Assembly (NCBI RefSeq): GCF_964194155.1
Contig: NC_135882.1
Location: forward strand, 98,518,001-98,582,000
Direction of reading: 5' to 3'
From: Cetorhinus maximus
Taxonomy: Eukaryota
DNA length: 64,000 nt
The notes below the pieces were generated by a model, which had not been told where the DNA came from, did not search any database, and worked only from the letters and a program-made list of their open reading frames with translations. A program made the position numbers and the translations under genes. Below, one piece after another: positions 39,650 through 53,164 of the stretch. Numbering within the stretch: position 1 is the first letter of the stretch; each line of letters opens with the position of its first letter.

Positions 39650-39893
39650 CATCGTCATCTCCTGCTGCACCCTTTACAACCTGGCACTGCAACAGGGAGA
39701 GGAGCTGGCTGAGGAGATGGAGGAACTGGAGGTCTCCTCCAATGAGGAGGATGCCGATGGGGGTGAGGGTGAGGAGGTCCTTGAATGCAATGATGACAGG
39801 GATGAAGCCCTTGCACTGACCAGACGAGGCAGGCGCGCTTGGGAGACCCTCAGAGCTGCTAGATTTGTGGAGGACGATGACGACATGCAGTGA
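39650..39893 (+). pseudogene. Harbinger (HARBI1-like) transposase C-terminus
   Basis: IVISCCTLYNLALQQG, acidic tract, then RRAWETLRAARF..stop. Confidence 0.85.
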
Positions 39894-40619
39894 GGAGACA
39901 GCACAGACCCACACATTGATCGATGAACATTTGACCCCAGTCTGACTTATGGCAATGCACATACCTTCTGTGATAATACCCCTGTCATGGAGACACACAG
40001 CGGAGGGCTGAATAGTCGCTCAATGATGACGACATGTAGCGAGGACACTCCATAGATCTTCACGTAGCCTCTGAGAATGTCTGACTCCTGTCTGGCCGAG
40101 GGCAGCTCGCTTGCGCTCTGTGATCAGGATCATATAGAGACGCAGCCATGAAGCTTTTTGATCCTTTGTCCACCTTCAGCACCTGACCCCTTCAGGAGCA
40201 CAGCGTACTGGTAACAAATGCTGAAGAGATAGGGGCCAGCCCCACCTCAAAGGTACTGAGAGCACACAGAGAGTATGAGAGAACTCCGTGATGCTTGCCG
40301 ACAACATTCAGGCAGCAATGACAAGCACTGTCGAAGTGCAGGCATCAGTAATGTGTCCAGGGAGTGTGAGGCCAGACCATCACTTTGGTCTGAAGGCTGC
40401 ACAAAGCACAGGGAAGAGCCCCTGGACTGAGACACCTGCCTTTATCTTGTGCAGAAAGTTTTCACACCTGAGTGACACAAACACTGCTCATCATAAAAAA
40501 GGAACCATAGGCAGGGAGACATTCTTGGGAGTTTATTGACAATAGTGAGCGGTGTGAATAGATTAACACCAGTACCCAGGCTGTGCAATTATATCTTAAC
40601 TTTCCCTAATCCTATCTTG

Positions 40620-42287
40620 GTGCTCCCTGTTTATCCAAAGCGGCGGTGGAGGCAGCTTTGTCTGAAGTGCTACGCCTTGTCTGTGATGACCTTGATGGGC
40701 CGAGACCTGTCCTCTGGAGGACCGAGACCTGGAGGGCCCTGGCCTGCTTTCAGGGTCCTGCTGTGTAGCAGTGGCATCCTCCTAGGCCTGTGAAGCTGGA
40801 GCTTCTGAGGTCATATGAAGAGGGGATTCAGATGGTCCAGACACTCCCGGAGTCACCTGGATGGATGGTCCCGGGGACACACCTGCTGATCTCCCACCCT
40901 ATGGGTGCCCAAGGATCCCTGGCTGACTTCTCAAGGAGAAGGGGTATCTGAAATAAGATCGAGCTGCTCAGCACCCCTCTCGCATACACACTGCTGGAGG
41001 CCAACTGTGGCATCATCAATGGAGTTCAGCCCGTGCAGCAGTGCAGGAGCAACGTCCTGGACCAAGGTCTCCATGGCGGCCGCCATCCTACTAGTGTTGA
41101 CCTTGGTGCGTTGCCAGCGATATCACCTCAGCCTGAAGGCGGATGGACTCCTCCATTGTGCCTTGCAATCTGAGGAATGCAGCGGGCATCCCTTCCTGAT
41201 GTTCCCGAGCTTGCCTTTGCAGCTCCAGCAACTGTGACATTACTGAGTCCAAAGGCCTATCATCTGACTCGGACTCAGCAACGTTCCGGCCTCCAGCAGT
41301 CCTCCGAGTGCTGGGTACCTGGGAAGTCCCTGCCTTCATCTGCTGTGGATCAGAAAGTGCTATGTGCTCGCCAGATTGTGATCCCGAGGCTACTCTGAAG
41401 CTAGGTCCCAACGAGGTGTGTGTCTCTGCACTGGTGGAAGGTGTGGGTGAGCGCTGTGATGGGACCTCAGGGATGGTGCCTTCAGATTCCCCTTTAGCAG
41501 TTCCTTCAGAACTTGATTGGAGACCCTAGGTCATGGACTCCTTCAGCTGTTTGGCAGATGTGCCTGCTAAAGCAAGGGGAGATAATTAGTGCATGGCAGT
41601 AGCCTGTGAACGAGGACACATCGTTCACGGCATGGTTGTCTGATGGCTGTTGCACTGCTGGATCCTCACTTGGTAGAGCAGCGCTGACCTCACCGTCAGC
41701 ACAGGACCGGTCCTGGTCATCACCGACCAGCTGGATGGCTCTGTTTTCAAATTCTGTCCGAACTTTGATCTCCAGCATCCCTCCACCTGTCTGCAACCTT
41801 TCCCTCCTGTTGTGAGCCAGTTTGTCCTGTATGGAGAGAGATGGGGAGAGTGTATCAGAATGCCTGCCAGGCAAGAAGATAAGTATGCCTGACCTGTGTG
41901 GGTGATGAGTGGTCCCATGGACGGGATGAAGACAATGACGGTGAGTGAATGGTGATGTCCCTTGAACCAGCAGTGAGTGAGGGCCCTGTGGATGTGTGAT
42001 GGGTTTGAGTGTGTGAATTGAGAGTGATGAGAAGAGTGACTTACCCTGGCAGAACGGAGGAGGTCATTCATCCTCTTGCAGCTCTGGTTGGTTGTCCTCT
42101 TTTGAAGGGCGTTGGCGCTGATCACCGCTGCCATCGCCCCCCAAGCCAGATTAGTGAGATTGCTGCCTATCCTGCAGCCAGAGTGGGGATAGAAGACATC
42201 ACAGCGAGCCTCCACTGTGGTCAAAAGGCACTTGAGAGACGCAACATTGAACCTGGGAGCTGCAGTCTTCTTGCCTTTCAGGGCCAT
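40620..42287 (-). pseudogene. Harbinger Myb/SANT-like DNA-binding gene, 3 exons (42287-42045, 41826-41670, from 41563)
   Basis: APRF..LL..W..RT..CKRMNDL motif then DKLAHNRRERLQTGGG; GT-AG introns in phases 0 and 1; in-frame TAG at 41526-41528; 3' end approximate. Confidence 0.88.
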
Positions 42288-42891
42288 GTCTTCTTTGCAG
42301 CAGTCGTGGGCTGGAAGCACTGAGAGGTGTGCACGTGGCTGGACATTAAATATGGCACCCGGGGTGCTGAAGTGGTGAGGTGATGGCGTGGTGGGCGAAT
42401 GACAGCCCGCCCACCATGGAAACGGCGTGTTTCCTGGGAATGCATAATTAATGCGGCAGGTTTGCGGCGATACACCATGAAAAGCCGGCATTGTGGCCAG
42501 CAGGTAAAATGTCATTTTACCTGTCCGCTATCGCATTTAGTGCAAATATGGGACAATTCTGCCCACAGTAGCAGGTACAGATTGTATGCTGCAGGCACCA
42601 TTTGACAGTACTGGCAGCTGTTCCCTACTCCTGTTTAATTCCTGTAAGACAATTACTTCTGACATAATGCTGTCTGTCAATAGCAAATTTTAGCCATTGA
42701 CTAGCTGCCAAAAAATTAGAAGATCTGCTCCTAACATAATGAGAAAATACTAAACTCCAGCCCAGGGGTATGTTGTGGTGATGTATTACAGTTTATTTAG
42801 CGAGCCTGAATTGCTATGGCAACATGGGCTTTTACATTCATACTTTAGTCTGGAGTTATGCTTAGTGATAGTAGAGGTTCTAATATTCCTT

Positions 42892-45828
42892 CCATAAGAC
42901 CATAAGACCATAAGACATAGGAGCAGAAATTAGGTCATTCGGCCCATCGAGTCTGCTCCGCCATTCAATCATGGCTGATAAGTTTCTCAACCCCATTCTC
43001 CCGCCTTCTCCCCATAACCTTTGATCCCCTTACCAATCAAGAACCTATCTATCTCCATCTTAAATACACTCAATGACCTGGCCTCCACAGCCTTCTGTGG
43101 CAATGACTTCCATAGATTCACCACTCTCTGGCTAAAGAAGTTTCTCTAAGGTCTTTCCTTCACTCTCAGGCTGTGCCCTCGGGTCCTAGTCTCTTCTACT
43201 AATGTAAACATCTTCCCCACGTCCACTCTATCCAGGCCTTTCAGTATTCTGTAAGTTTCAATCAGATCCCCCCTCATCCTTCTAAACTTCATCGAGTATA
43301 GACCCAGAGTCCTCAAACGTTCCTCATATGTTAAGCCTTTCATTCCTGGGATCATTCTCGTGAACCTCCTCTGGACCCTCTCCAGGGCCAGCACATCCTT
43401 CCTGAGATACGGGGCCCAAAATTGCTCACAATATTCTAAATGTGGTCTGACCACAGCCTTATAAAGCCTCAGCAGCACATCCCTGCTTTTATATTCTAGT
43501 CCTCTCGAAATAAATGCCAACATTGCATTTGCCTTCCTAACTACCGACTCAACCTGCAAGTTAACCTTAAGAGAATCCTGGACTAGGACTCCCAAGTCCC
43601 TTTACACTCCAGACTTCTGAATTCTCTCCCCATTTAGAAAATAGTCTATGCCTCAATTCTTCCAACCAAAGTGCATGACCTCACACTTCCCCATGTTGTA
43701 TTCCATCTGCCACTTCTTTGCCCATTCTCCTAACCTGTCCAAATCCTTCTGCAGCCTCCCCGCCTCCTCAATACTACCTGTCCCTCCACCTATCTTTGTA
43801 TCATCTGCAAACTTAGCCAGGATGCCCTCAGTTCCTTTATCGAGATCATTAATGTATAAAGTGAAAAGTTGTGGTCCCAACACTGACCCCTGCGGAACAC
43901 CACTAGTCACCAGCCGCCATCCTGAGAAGGACCCCCTTATCCCCACTCTCTGCCTCCTGCCAGACAGCCAATCTTCTATCCATGCTAGTACCTTGCCTCT
44001 AACACCATGGGCTCTTATCTTACTGAGCAGCCTCCTGTGCGGCACCTTGTCAAAGGCCTTCTGGAAGTCCAAGTAGATAACATCCATTGGCTCTCCTTTG
44101 TCTAACCTACTCATTACCTCCTCAAAGAATTCTAACAGATTTGTCAGGCATGACCTCCCCTTGATGAAACCTTGCTGACTTTGCCCGATTTTACCATGCA
44201 CTTCCAAGTATTCTGAAATCTCATCCTTAATAATGGACTCTAAAATCTTACCAACGACCGAGGTCAGGCTAATCGGCCTGTAATTTCTCGTCTTTTGCCT
44301 CACTCCCTTCTTAAACAGGGGGGTTACATTAGCGATTTTCCAGTCCTCTGGGACCCTCCCTGACTCCAGTGATTCCTGAAAGATCACCACTAACGCCTCC
44401 ACTATCTCTTCAGCTATCTCCTTCAGAACTCTGGGGTGTAATCCATCTGGTCCAGGTGATTTATCCACCTTCAGACCTTTCAGTTTTCCTAGCACCTTCT
44501 CCTTGGTAATGGCCACCATACTCACCTCTGCCCCCCAACTCTCTTGAACTTTGGGGATGTCACTCGTGTCTTCCACCGTGAAGACTGACGCAAAGTACCT
44601 ATTCAGTTCCTCCGCCATTTCTTTGTTCCCATTACTACTTCTCAAGCGTCGTTTTCCAGCGGCCCAATGTCCACTTTTGCCTCTCTCTTACCCTTTATAT
44701 ATCTAAAAAAACTCTTGCAATCTTCTTTTATATTACTAGCTAGTTTACCCTCATATTTAATCTTCACCCTCCTTATTTCTTTTTTAGTTGTCCTCTGTTG
44801 GTATTTGTAGGCTTCCCAATCCTCTGGTTTCCCATTGCTCTTCGCTGCATTGTATGCTTTCTCTTTAGCTTTTATGCTGTCCCTGACTTCCCTTGTCAGC
44901 CATGGTTGCCTCGTCCTCCCTTTAGTATGCTTCTTCTTCCTAGGGATGAATTTTGCTGTGTCTCCCAAATTACTCCCAGAAACTCCTGCCATTGCTGTTC
45001 CACTGTCTTTCCTGCTAGGCTCATCTCCCAGTCAATTCTGGCCAGCTCCTCCCTCATGCCTCTGTAGTTGCCTTTATTCAACTGTAATACCGTTACATCT
45101 AATTCCAGCTTTTTCCTCTCAAATTGCAGAGTAAATTCTATCCTATTATGGTCACTTCCTCCTAAGGGTTCCTTCACCTTAAGCTCCCTTATCAAATCTG
45201 CCTCATTACACATCACTAAATCTAGAATTGCCTGTTCCCTAGTGGGCTCCACCACAAGCTGCTCCAAAAAGCCATCTCATAGATATTCCACAAATTCCTT
45301 TTCTTGGGATCCACTACCAACCTGATTTTCCCATTCTACCTGCATATTGAAATCTCCCATGATTACTGTAACCTTGCCTTTCTTACACACCTTTTCTATC
45401 TCCTGGTGTATCTTGTGCCCCACATCCTGACTACTGTTCGGAGGCCTGTACGTAACTCCCATTATGGTTTTTTCACCTTTGCGGTTCCTCAACTCTACCC
45501 ACACAGATTCTACATCATCTGACCCTACATCATTTCTTGCTTTCGATTTAATTTCATTTCTTACTAACAAAGCAACCCCAACCCCTCTGCCAACCTGCCT
45601 ATCTTTTCGATAGGATGTATATCCTTGGAAATTTAGCTCCCAGTCCTGATCTCCTTGCAGCCATGTCTCCATGATGCCCACCACATCATACCTGCCAACT
45701 TCAATCTGCGCCACAAGCTCATTTACCTTATTTCGTTTACTGTGTGCATTCAGATACAACACCTTCAGTCCTGTATTTCCTGTCCTCTTTCTCATTGTCG
45801 TCCCTTTATCTGATGTGCTTGAAGTTAG
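42892..45828 (-). mobile_element. CR1 LINE with near-complete ORF2 (APE endonuclease plus RT)
   Basis: LYLNA..ETW..GDFN..SDH endonuclease; NYRPISLTS, LDFQKAFD, GVPQGSVLGP and FADD RT; two stops and two frameshifts inferred from the ORF track; (CCATAAGA)n tail. Confidence 0.98.
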
Positions 45829-45849
45829 TGATCTGGTGATCTAATTTAT

Positions 45850-46509
45850 ACCCTTCATGATCTCTGTATCTGTCCCTTATGTCTTGGTGGGTTGGCATGT
45901 GGCAGAGGAGAAGGCAACTGGTAATGTTGCTGGTATTGCTCCTGTTGCTGTTGGTGCTGGTCCTCTTGGTCCTCTGGAGTTCTAAGGGAAGCTACATAAG
46001 CTGCACCCATGCAGTAGTGAGGGCTGACAGGAGGGAAGTGCAGATTAAGTGAGTGAAGTTCAGGACAGGTGAAATGACTTTCAAGAAATAGGATCTCATC
46101 TGTCAGGCAGTAAGAGCGCATTCTCAGAATGGTCTGAGTGGTCTGTGCACTGTCCTTTCATCTTGGTATGGCTGCTGCTATTCAGTTTCACTGTCTGAGG
46201 GCTTTGCAGTCTGTCAGTTTCACCAATGAAGCACTGCTTGCTGTCTCTTGCCTGTCAATTTGCAGGCAGCTCAAGAAGCCCATCCCTAGCTATGAGGCAG
46301 AATGCTGGGTTAAATCCTGAGTTCATTGCCTGTTTGCATATTGTGATGACTTGCTTGACAACTGTACAGGGGTTCCCCACTCGCCCATCCGGATTGAACC
46401 CAGAAGTGGGTGAAAGCATGTCAGGTTCCCGAACTGATGCCACTTTTTGGGGCTTTAACCTTTTGCCCATATCCGAGCTTGCCTCACCTTAGCAATTAAA
46501 ATTCTGCCC
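45850..46509 (-). mobile_element. Harbinger terminus with probable start of transposase
   Basis: TIR AAAATTCTGCCC ending at 46509; Gln/Glu-rich ORF start MGAAYVASL..QQQQEQ. Confidence 0.7.
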
Positions 46510-46559
46510 CGTATGTTGGAAAAGGACCATGGTGTATCAATCTGAGGAAAGTTCTTAAA

Positions 46560-47150
46560 AATAGGAAACCAGTTACCACTTTGCGGCGAGCATGCCCACT
46601 TCAGGTTTAACCTAGGGTCGCGAGGATAGAAGGTTGGGGTGAGTAAGCTGCTCTCGAGAGGCTGCTAAGGAATTATAATATTTAGTGAGGCTGTGTGACT
46701 CTGATTTTTGTAGCCATGTAAATATAATAGAAGTGCCTGGATTTCCCAGGGTTTGGGAAACCTGGCAGCTAAAGAGAAGCGAGAGCTGCCAGAACCAGCA
46801 GGTATGTGCTTTTCCAGCACTGCTTGTGGGCCAGGAGATGTAGATGTGCTTTCCCATTGCCCCATAAACTGAACTTCCCTAATCTGCTTCCCTCTGCTCA
46901 GTCAGCTGACTTCTCTTGCGATCCAAGCTTCAGTCCCCTTGTAATTTGATACTGTATGATCTCTTTCCCCCTCCACATTCCTCAGCTGTGGTCTCTACCA
47001 CAGGTCTTCCCGCCCAGCAGCAATCAGTCTCTCAACCTTGCCAGCTGTTTGGCAGGGAGAAGGAATGAAAATCTTTCAAACGGGGTCCTGCTGTTAAACT
47101 TGGAAGGGCTTCTGCAATCACCATAAAGTCACTGCTGCAAATATTGGGGT
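46560..47150. mobile_element. Old MITE fragment
   Basis: Ends AAATATTGGGGTC; composition resembles the other MITEs. Confidence 0.4.
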
Positions 47151-48837
47151 CAATACTATTGAAGAACAGCTCTTGTCCTCAAACAACCTTCCTGCCACTT
47201 TGAAATACTTAAATTTGATGTCATAACATATCTCAGTTAGTTTTAGTTGACCCATATCTATGCAAACCAGAAAAACTGGATTACATTATTATTTAACTTG
47301 ATAGAATGGATATTTGCTAGCAAATCTGTATAAGCATGACAAATTGGCAAAAACCTTCTTACTTTTAATGAGCAATGGCTGCATTATTCTAACAGCTCGA
47401 TAGACCAATGGAGAAGCCTCATAAAATGCAATCAGAAATTTACCAAATAATGAACAAGGCAGATTCTCAATGGGACCTCTTTTTAAAAGCTGTTATATGA
47501 GGCAAACACTGTATCTTTTGTGAAAAACAAATTGAGGCAAATTAGCAGGCAAAATGGAAAACTGTAATAAAATGATGTTCTTTGTGCATGTGTTTGGAAA
47601 TAATTAGGATGTGGATCAGGCTATAAAAGTACAATTTTGTTGTAGAAAGGTTACAGGCAAAAGTGTCAACTCAAGTCTAATATACTAACCTCACCATCAG
47701 TAGGGCAAGAATCACTTGCAGTTTAGTTTAAAATGGATTTAAATTGAAAATCCATGTTTTCTTCATGTTTGTGTTTTGATGAAGTCCAAATAATTTTATA
47801 TACATTCACATTTCAAATTAACTCAACTGCATCAAGTACCAAATTATAGTGTACAAAACTGGAACATCCTGTCAAATGCAATATTTGCTATCTGCTCCAA
47901 GAAACAGTGATCAGCAACTACCTCTCTCTAACGTCAAAGCAGCTTGTTCTGTACTTCAGGGTAGCATTTTTTTTTCTTCAGGATATAATCTCTAACCTTT
48001 TCTGTAAAGCGTCAGCTTCAAACACATAAGGTTACATCAGGTAAATCAGCACAGTGAAAAGATCACATGTTGATCAATAATTTCGCCAACAATAAACAAA
48101 TGCATAAATCTCTGCCAATGGAGGGGTTGATCATCTGAGTAAAAAATGACCCACAAGAACCAGACAACGTGATGTCACTGACCTAAAGTTGAAACCAATA
48201 AGTGTAGCAACCAGCTGGAAAAAATATCTGAATAACTAAGATAGAAAATGCTAAAAGAGATGCATGTTCCTCAACAATGTACTATGGAGCTGTTTCACAT
48301 TATATTTGGGGCTAGGCTGCAAGTCAAAATATGTTTGTGGAAGGCTGCTTTACTTCTGTGACCAGCCATTTGCCTAGTTTGCTTTAATGTCCTGATCTAT
48401 TGTGCATATTTTGGTTTTCCAGCCATTGAATAAAATTAGCCCCCAAAATATTGGGAAACTAAAAACTATCATAAACCATTGAGCCCAACAATAATTGGAG
48501 AATGTCCGTCAGGCTCATGCATCCCTGTTATGCTACTTCGATTATTGCTCTCCAAATTACACACTGCAGTACAAAGATCTGTAGGCACCACAGAGTCTCG
48601 CATCATTAGCCTGAATAGTTCAAATTAATTATTTACAATGGAGACTAGATTCCAATGCGATCTTCATTTTTCATTTGTCATAGTGAATGGTAATATGGGT
48701 AAAGCAATGTTAAAACACAGCTGATGTTATCTATAAATATCTTCCATGGTTCAATTAACTTACTATTCTAGTAACAAAGACAAACACACTATTAAACTCA
48801 CCAAATTGATTTGTTTCTCCTTGCTTCATCAGGGTGC

Positions 48838-49045
48838 TTTTTATTTATTCATGAGGTGAGAGAGATTAGCATTAATTGTCCATCCCTGATTGCCCTTGAG
48901 AAAGTGGTGCTGAGCTTCCTCGTTGAACTGCTGCAGTCCATGTAGGTACACCCACAATGCAGTTAAGGAGGGTCATCCACGGCTTTGACCCAGCAACAGT
49001 GAAGGAGTGGTGATATTGTTCCAAGTCAGAAAAGTGAGAACTTTC
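48838..49045 (-). mobile_element. Second non-LTR family, 3' tail
   Basis: Homologous to 7985-8210. Confidence 0.85.
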
Positions 49046-49139
49046 TGAGTTCTGATAGGGAAACCATACTGCTTTGGTTTTAATCTCGATAGTAACTCTG
49101 AATGTACTGGATCTGCACTCACTGATTTGCCTGAATCTT

Positions 49140-50483
49140 TAAAAACTGGCAGCATGCAAGTGCTAGCCAAAACAGGTGTAGTACAGCGTAAAATTCCCGA
49201 CTTGGTGTCGTGCATACGCCTTGGCAGAATCTGCCTTGAATAAACAGATTTTTGTTCTGGGGGGTGAGGTGAGGGAAGCGGGGTGTGTGCAAGTGTGTGT
49301 TGGAGTTGGGACTGCCACCACTGGAAACAGTTCGGAGGCAGCCACAGGAGCTGCTGAGTGCTGAGGCAGACTGTTTAAAAGGTCCACCTCGATACCTCAG
49401 TGCTCTGGGACTTCATCCCAATTGTAATAAAAGGAGTTAGGCCCTCTAGTCCTCACCCTTCACCTCTCACACATTCCCCCATGCCTCATCCATATGAACA
49501 CATGCCCCCACCCGCCCCCTATGGCCCTCATGTCCTACATGCCAACTTATCCCCCTCTACCTTCCCTTGTTAGCCCCTACGCTAACCTAGTGCCAACTCA
49601 TGCCAGCCCATGATCCCCCCGTTCATCTCCATAGCCCCATATAGTTCCTATGCCAACTTAGTGCTGACTCATGCCAAACTATGCCCACCACACAGCACCC
49701 TTTGCCCTTACACCCTCCATGCCAACTCACCAAGTATCCATGGGCAGACCTCAAAAGCCATGCTGAGATGAAATAAAGTTCTAAGTATCTATTACAGACT
49801 TCACTATATTTAAAAATGCTCTTGTTGATGAAATAAAACTCATCCAATACATTTTAAATCCTTCAAGTACTTAAGCCCTTATAAATACAAACATTTATAT
49901 TCATAGCCCATATCAAAGACAGCTAATCCCTTAACAACCTTTCGGAGCTGTCAATCAGATTCTGACCTTCCACTGTGAAAATGATAGTTTGTGGAAGCAG
50001 GCAAGCAGTAACAGTACCATAATGATGGCCCTCAGGCTTATGTCAACAATTAGCTATTGAAATTTCAAACAGCATTTTTTTTTCAACTTAGATACACAGC
50101 AGGCTGTTTTCTTTTAATTTAAAGAGCAGAGGGTTTAAGTAACATATTGACAGCTCCACAGACCTTATCCACCTTCAATGCACATTCACAACGAGTCTTA
50201 AAAATTTTAACTCTCACTCTGTGGGGAAATGGAACTTGCTCCAGTGAAAATGGAATCCATTTGAACTCAGCACCAAATTCAAATAACCCTGCTGGGTTCA
50301 AGATTTCCCCATGTGTGAATTACATCTTGCCCCTGTCCCCCAGCTTCCTCACCTCCCCACTGCCCCTTGCCAGTCAGTGAAAGTGTGACCTGTTGGAAAT
50401 AGGGATGGGGATTCCAGATCCTGGGTCTCAACGTCATTTTGGATAAGGGGCAGAGTCTAATCCGTCGCTGTGAAAATCCAGTT
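49140..50483. mobile_element. Non-autonomous DNA element related to 17193-18770
   Basis: C-rich CATGCCAACT repeats at 49440-49740, GAGCTGTCAATCA motif, ends AAAATCCAGTTC. Confidence 0.55.
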
Positions 50484-50929
50484 CCTGGTGTTTGTTAGGT
50501 TCAGTTAGTAAAGGAAAGAGAAAAAATTAAAGTGCTTCAACTTATGTGGGTATCCTGCCATAAGTGACATGACACACCCAATGGTGACCACCAGTTCTGA
50601 CCACACTGGAGTTTGTGGGGTCAATAGGAAGTCACCTGATATGCATGGTTTAAGCACAGCTCTCTCACTAGAGGCACATATCAGGTCCCTGCTTTCCCCA
50701 AGGCCATAAAATGCAGAGGATGCAAGTTGGTCTGGGGGAGACTACTAGCCCACTTCCAGGAAGAACTAAGGTTTGGCCCGAAAATTTGTACCATAAATCC
50801 TGGCTTGGACCCACAGATGGGGTCTACAACTCACTGGCATATTGTCTGCTAATGCTCCACTTGGCCTCAGACAGGTCAGGAATATAGGAACTGCCAGTGC
50901 TGAGAGGTTTCAGTGTTGAGAATTCCAAA

Positions 50930-51025
50930 TAAAAGAGTCATATTGAATTCAAAATGTTTAGTTATTATCTCTACACAGATGCTGCCAGATCTGCTGAGTT
51001 TTTCCAGCACTTTGTTTTTATTTGG
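50930..51025 (+). mobile_element. Penelope-like 3' tail fragment
   Basis: CAGATGCTGCCAGATCTGCTGAGTTTTTCCAGCA. Confidence 0.8.
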
Positions 51026-51642
51026 AAGGTTTCGCAACAGCACTACTCCCTGCTGTATCACTGGCCTTTGTTTGGTCGGTGACAGGACTAGGCCCCCAGC
51101 AAGTTAATTTGAAATTCTGGCACAAGGTCAGGACCCTTAATACCTCGACTCTGACCTAATTTGTAGTACATCTATCACAGTTTGGGCAGATTTATAGCAG
51201 GACAGGCCATATATTTCTAATTTTGTGTGCATTGATCTACCATTTCAGTCAACTGTCAATCATAAAAACACTTCCCAGATCAGAGAGAACAGTTAGGCAA
51301 CTTCCTGAATATGAAGAATTCCTGAATACTTCCTGAATACAATGAATACAAAGTTATTCTAATAGTGATACACCACACTTATGAGAATGTAACATTTTCC
51401 AATCCACAGTTCTATTTCTCAGAGCTAGCAAGTACCTAAAATAGGCAGTGAGTGAACCTTCATCCATGTAGCACACCAAACAGCAGCTAATCTAACAAAG
51501 TGACACATAAATCACCAAAGCCAGGCTTTACTGTTGGTCCTCATTATGGAAGAGGTTTTAACACAAAAGCAGCAAATTTAAGGATCAGGGTACACTTCCC
51601 AATTCCACACAAAAGGAAGCAAATCAAAGAGAAAAATCTTAC

Positions 51643-51787
51643 CTAATAGTTCTTGACGGGAAGACTGAGAAATGTTCTGTAATGTTTGGTCTACATAGGA
51701 ACAGGCCAAGACTGGAGGCCAATGTGCTGAGTCAGATGAGTAAAATGGGCCTCCAGAAAGGTGTAAATGGGTCTCACTGGGGTTGGA
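51643..51787 (-). CDS. Candidate host-gene coding exon
   Basis: C-rich tract ending CAG acceptor, donor AG/GTAAGA; 145 nt open, SNPSETHLHLSGGPFY..RQELL; phase 0 to 1. Confidence 0.55.
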
Positions 51788-52675
51788 CTGTGGGGGTGTT
51801 GGGGGGTGGGTGGTGTTGAGTTCAGATCAAGGAAATGGGTTGTGACTTTTTGAAAAAAATGTTTAGTACCAGCCCTCTTCAAAGGAAACACATTAATGCA
51901 TCTATCCAGGGTTTCTGCCAATTTACCACCAAAATTCCAATGGCTGATTGGGAGATCTCCGAAGAAAATTCCCAGTATGGTGTATAGAATAATAAAGTCA
52001 TTGGTGTTATGTGTAGGTATTCTTAAAGGTGTATATGCCCAAAAGAATTGCAATTCTCTTTCAATTGTTACTAATTCTCCATTTTTACGTTTCATTTTCT
52101 GTAACTTCTTTCTTTTGCATTGCATTTCTGATTTTTACATTTGCATTGAAATTGTCTATCTGGTATAAATAAAAAAGGGTAGGTGGGTGACTGCCAAAAA
52201 CCTTTCGATTTTTCCATTTTCAAATTATCCATTATGCCTGTATGTAAGTGGCACTGTGATACAAATTTTAATGTTATTAAGTGTGCTGCTTATGCACCAT
52301 TGTTATGTGAGTGGCTTGATTTATGTAGATCTAAACTACTGCTGCTTTTCTTTGAACAGAATAGGACCAGTGCGAGCTGAAAAAATTGGAGGAATAAAAC
52401 TGGAATAAGGACAGACAATAACGATGCTATTCTGTTTTTAAAAGAGAGTCAGTAAAAATTGGACTTGCCAAATAATTTTAAATGTGAATGGATCTATCTT
52501 GATTCAAAAACTGCTTCAATTTTCATCAATTTTCCAATGAACCTTTACTACCCAACCTTGCCTCCAGGCTCTGTCTTGGCTAGTTGTGATACAGTTGCTG
52601 ACTGTCCTTGAAGTTTTCTTGTGAGATGGAAAATAATCTGCAATGCCCCAATGCCTGGGGAATTTATGAGCTTAC

Positions 52676-52742
52676 TTGGGTTCTTTTTTCAAAGGACCAA
52701 ATATCTTCATGCTTATCTTGGACAAACTTCCAAGTTCCGTAC
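52676..52742 (-). CDS. Candidate host-gene coding exon
   Basis: Acceptor TTTTCCTGCTAG, donor AA/GTAAGC; 67 nt, YGTWKFVQDKHEDIWSFEKRTQ; phase 2 to 0. Confidence 0.5.
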
Positions 52743-53164
52743 CTAGCAGGAAAATGTTATATACAGCTGAAGTCCTTGTTTGATGAACACAGCTGAAATG
52801 TTTAACTAAATGCTTTGCCGCCCACGCCCACCCCATGCTCCATTATTCTCCAACTACGAGTTATGTACAAGTCCTCATTCTAGAAAATTCACAGGCTACT
52901 AGTAGTATTGCCTGACATCCTATAAGGTTCCCTTTGATAATCTCTGTTCTTCATCATAATTATTTGCACTGCTGTTGCTCACCTAGTAATCAGGTCTATT
53001 GCCTATTCAAGGGCTATTCATCACCACCCTGGAGACTGTCCAACCCCCATCTCTCCAACAGCACAAATTATCTTGGTGTATTTTCTTACCTACTAGTTCT
53101 GTTCTGTTCTGATTTTCGTGACTGAGGGGAGTAGCTTGAGTCGGGAAATTTCCTGACTCACTGC

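Larger units (their letters stand above)
39580..42564. mobile_element. Two-gene PIF/Harbinger transposon relic, left part missing
   Basis: Transposase C-terminus on +, convergent spliced Myb/SANT gene on -, right TIR ACAATTCTGCCC ending at 42564. Confidence 0.9.

Noticed and set aside
41625-42515. 296-aa ORF as one intronless protein
   Set aside because: Only 42287-42045 is Myb/SANT-like; the rest is read-through of upstream and intron sequence, and exon 2 is in another frame
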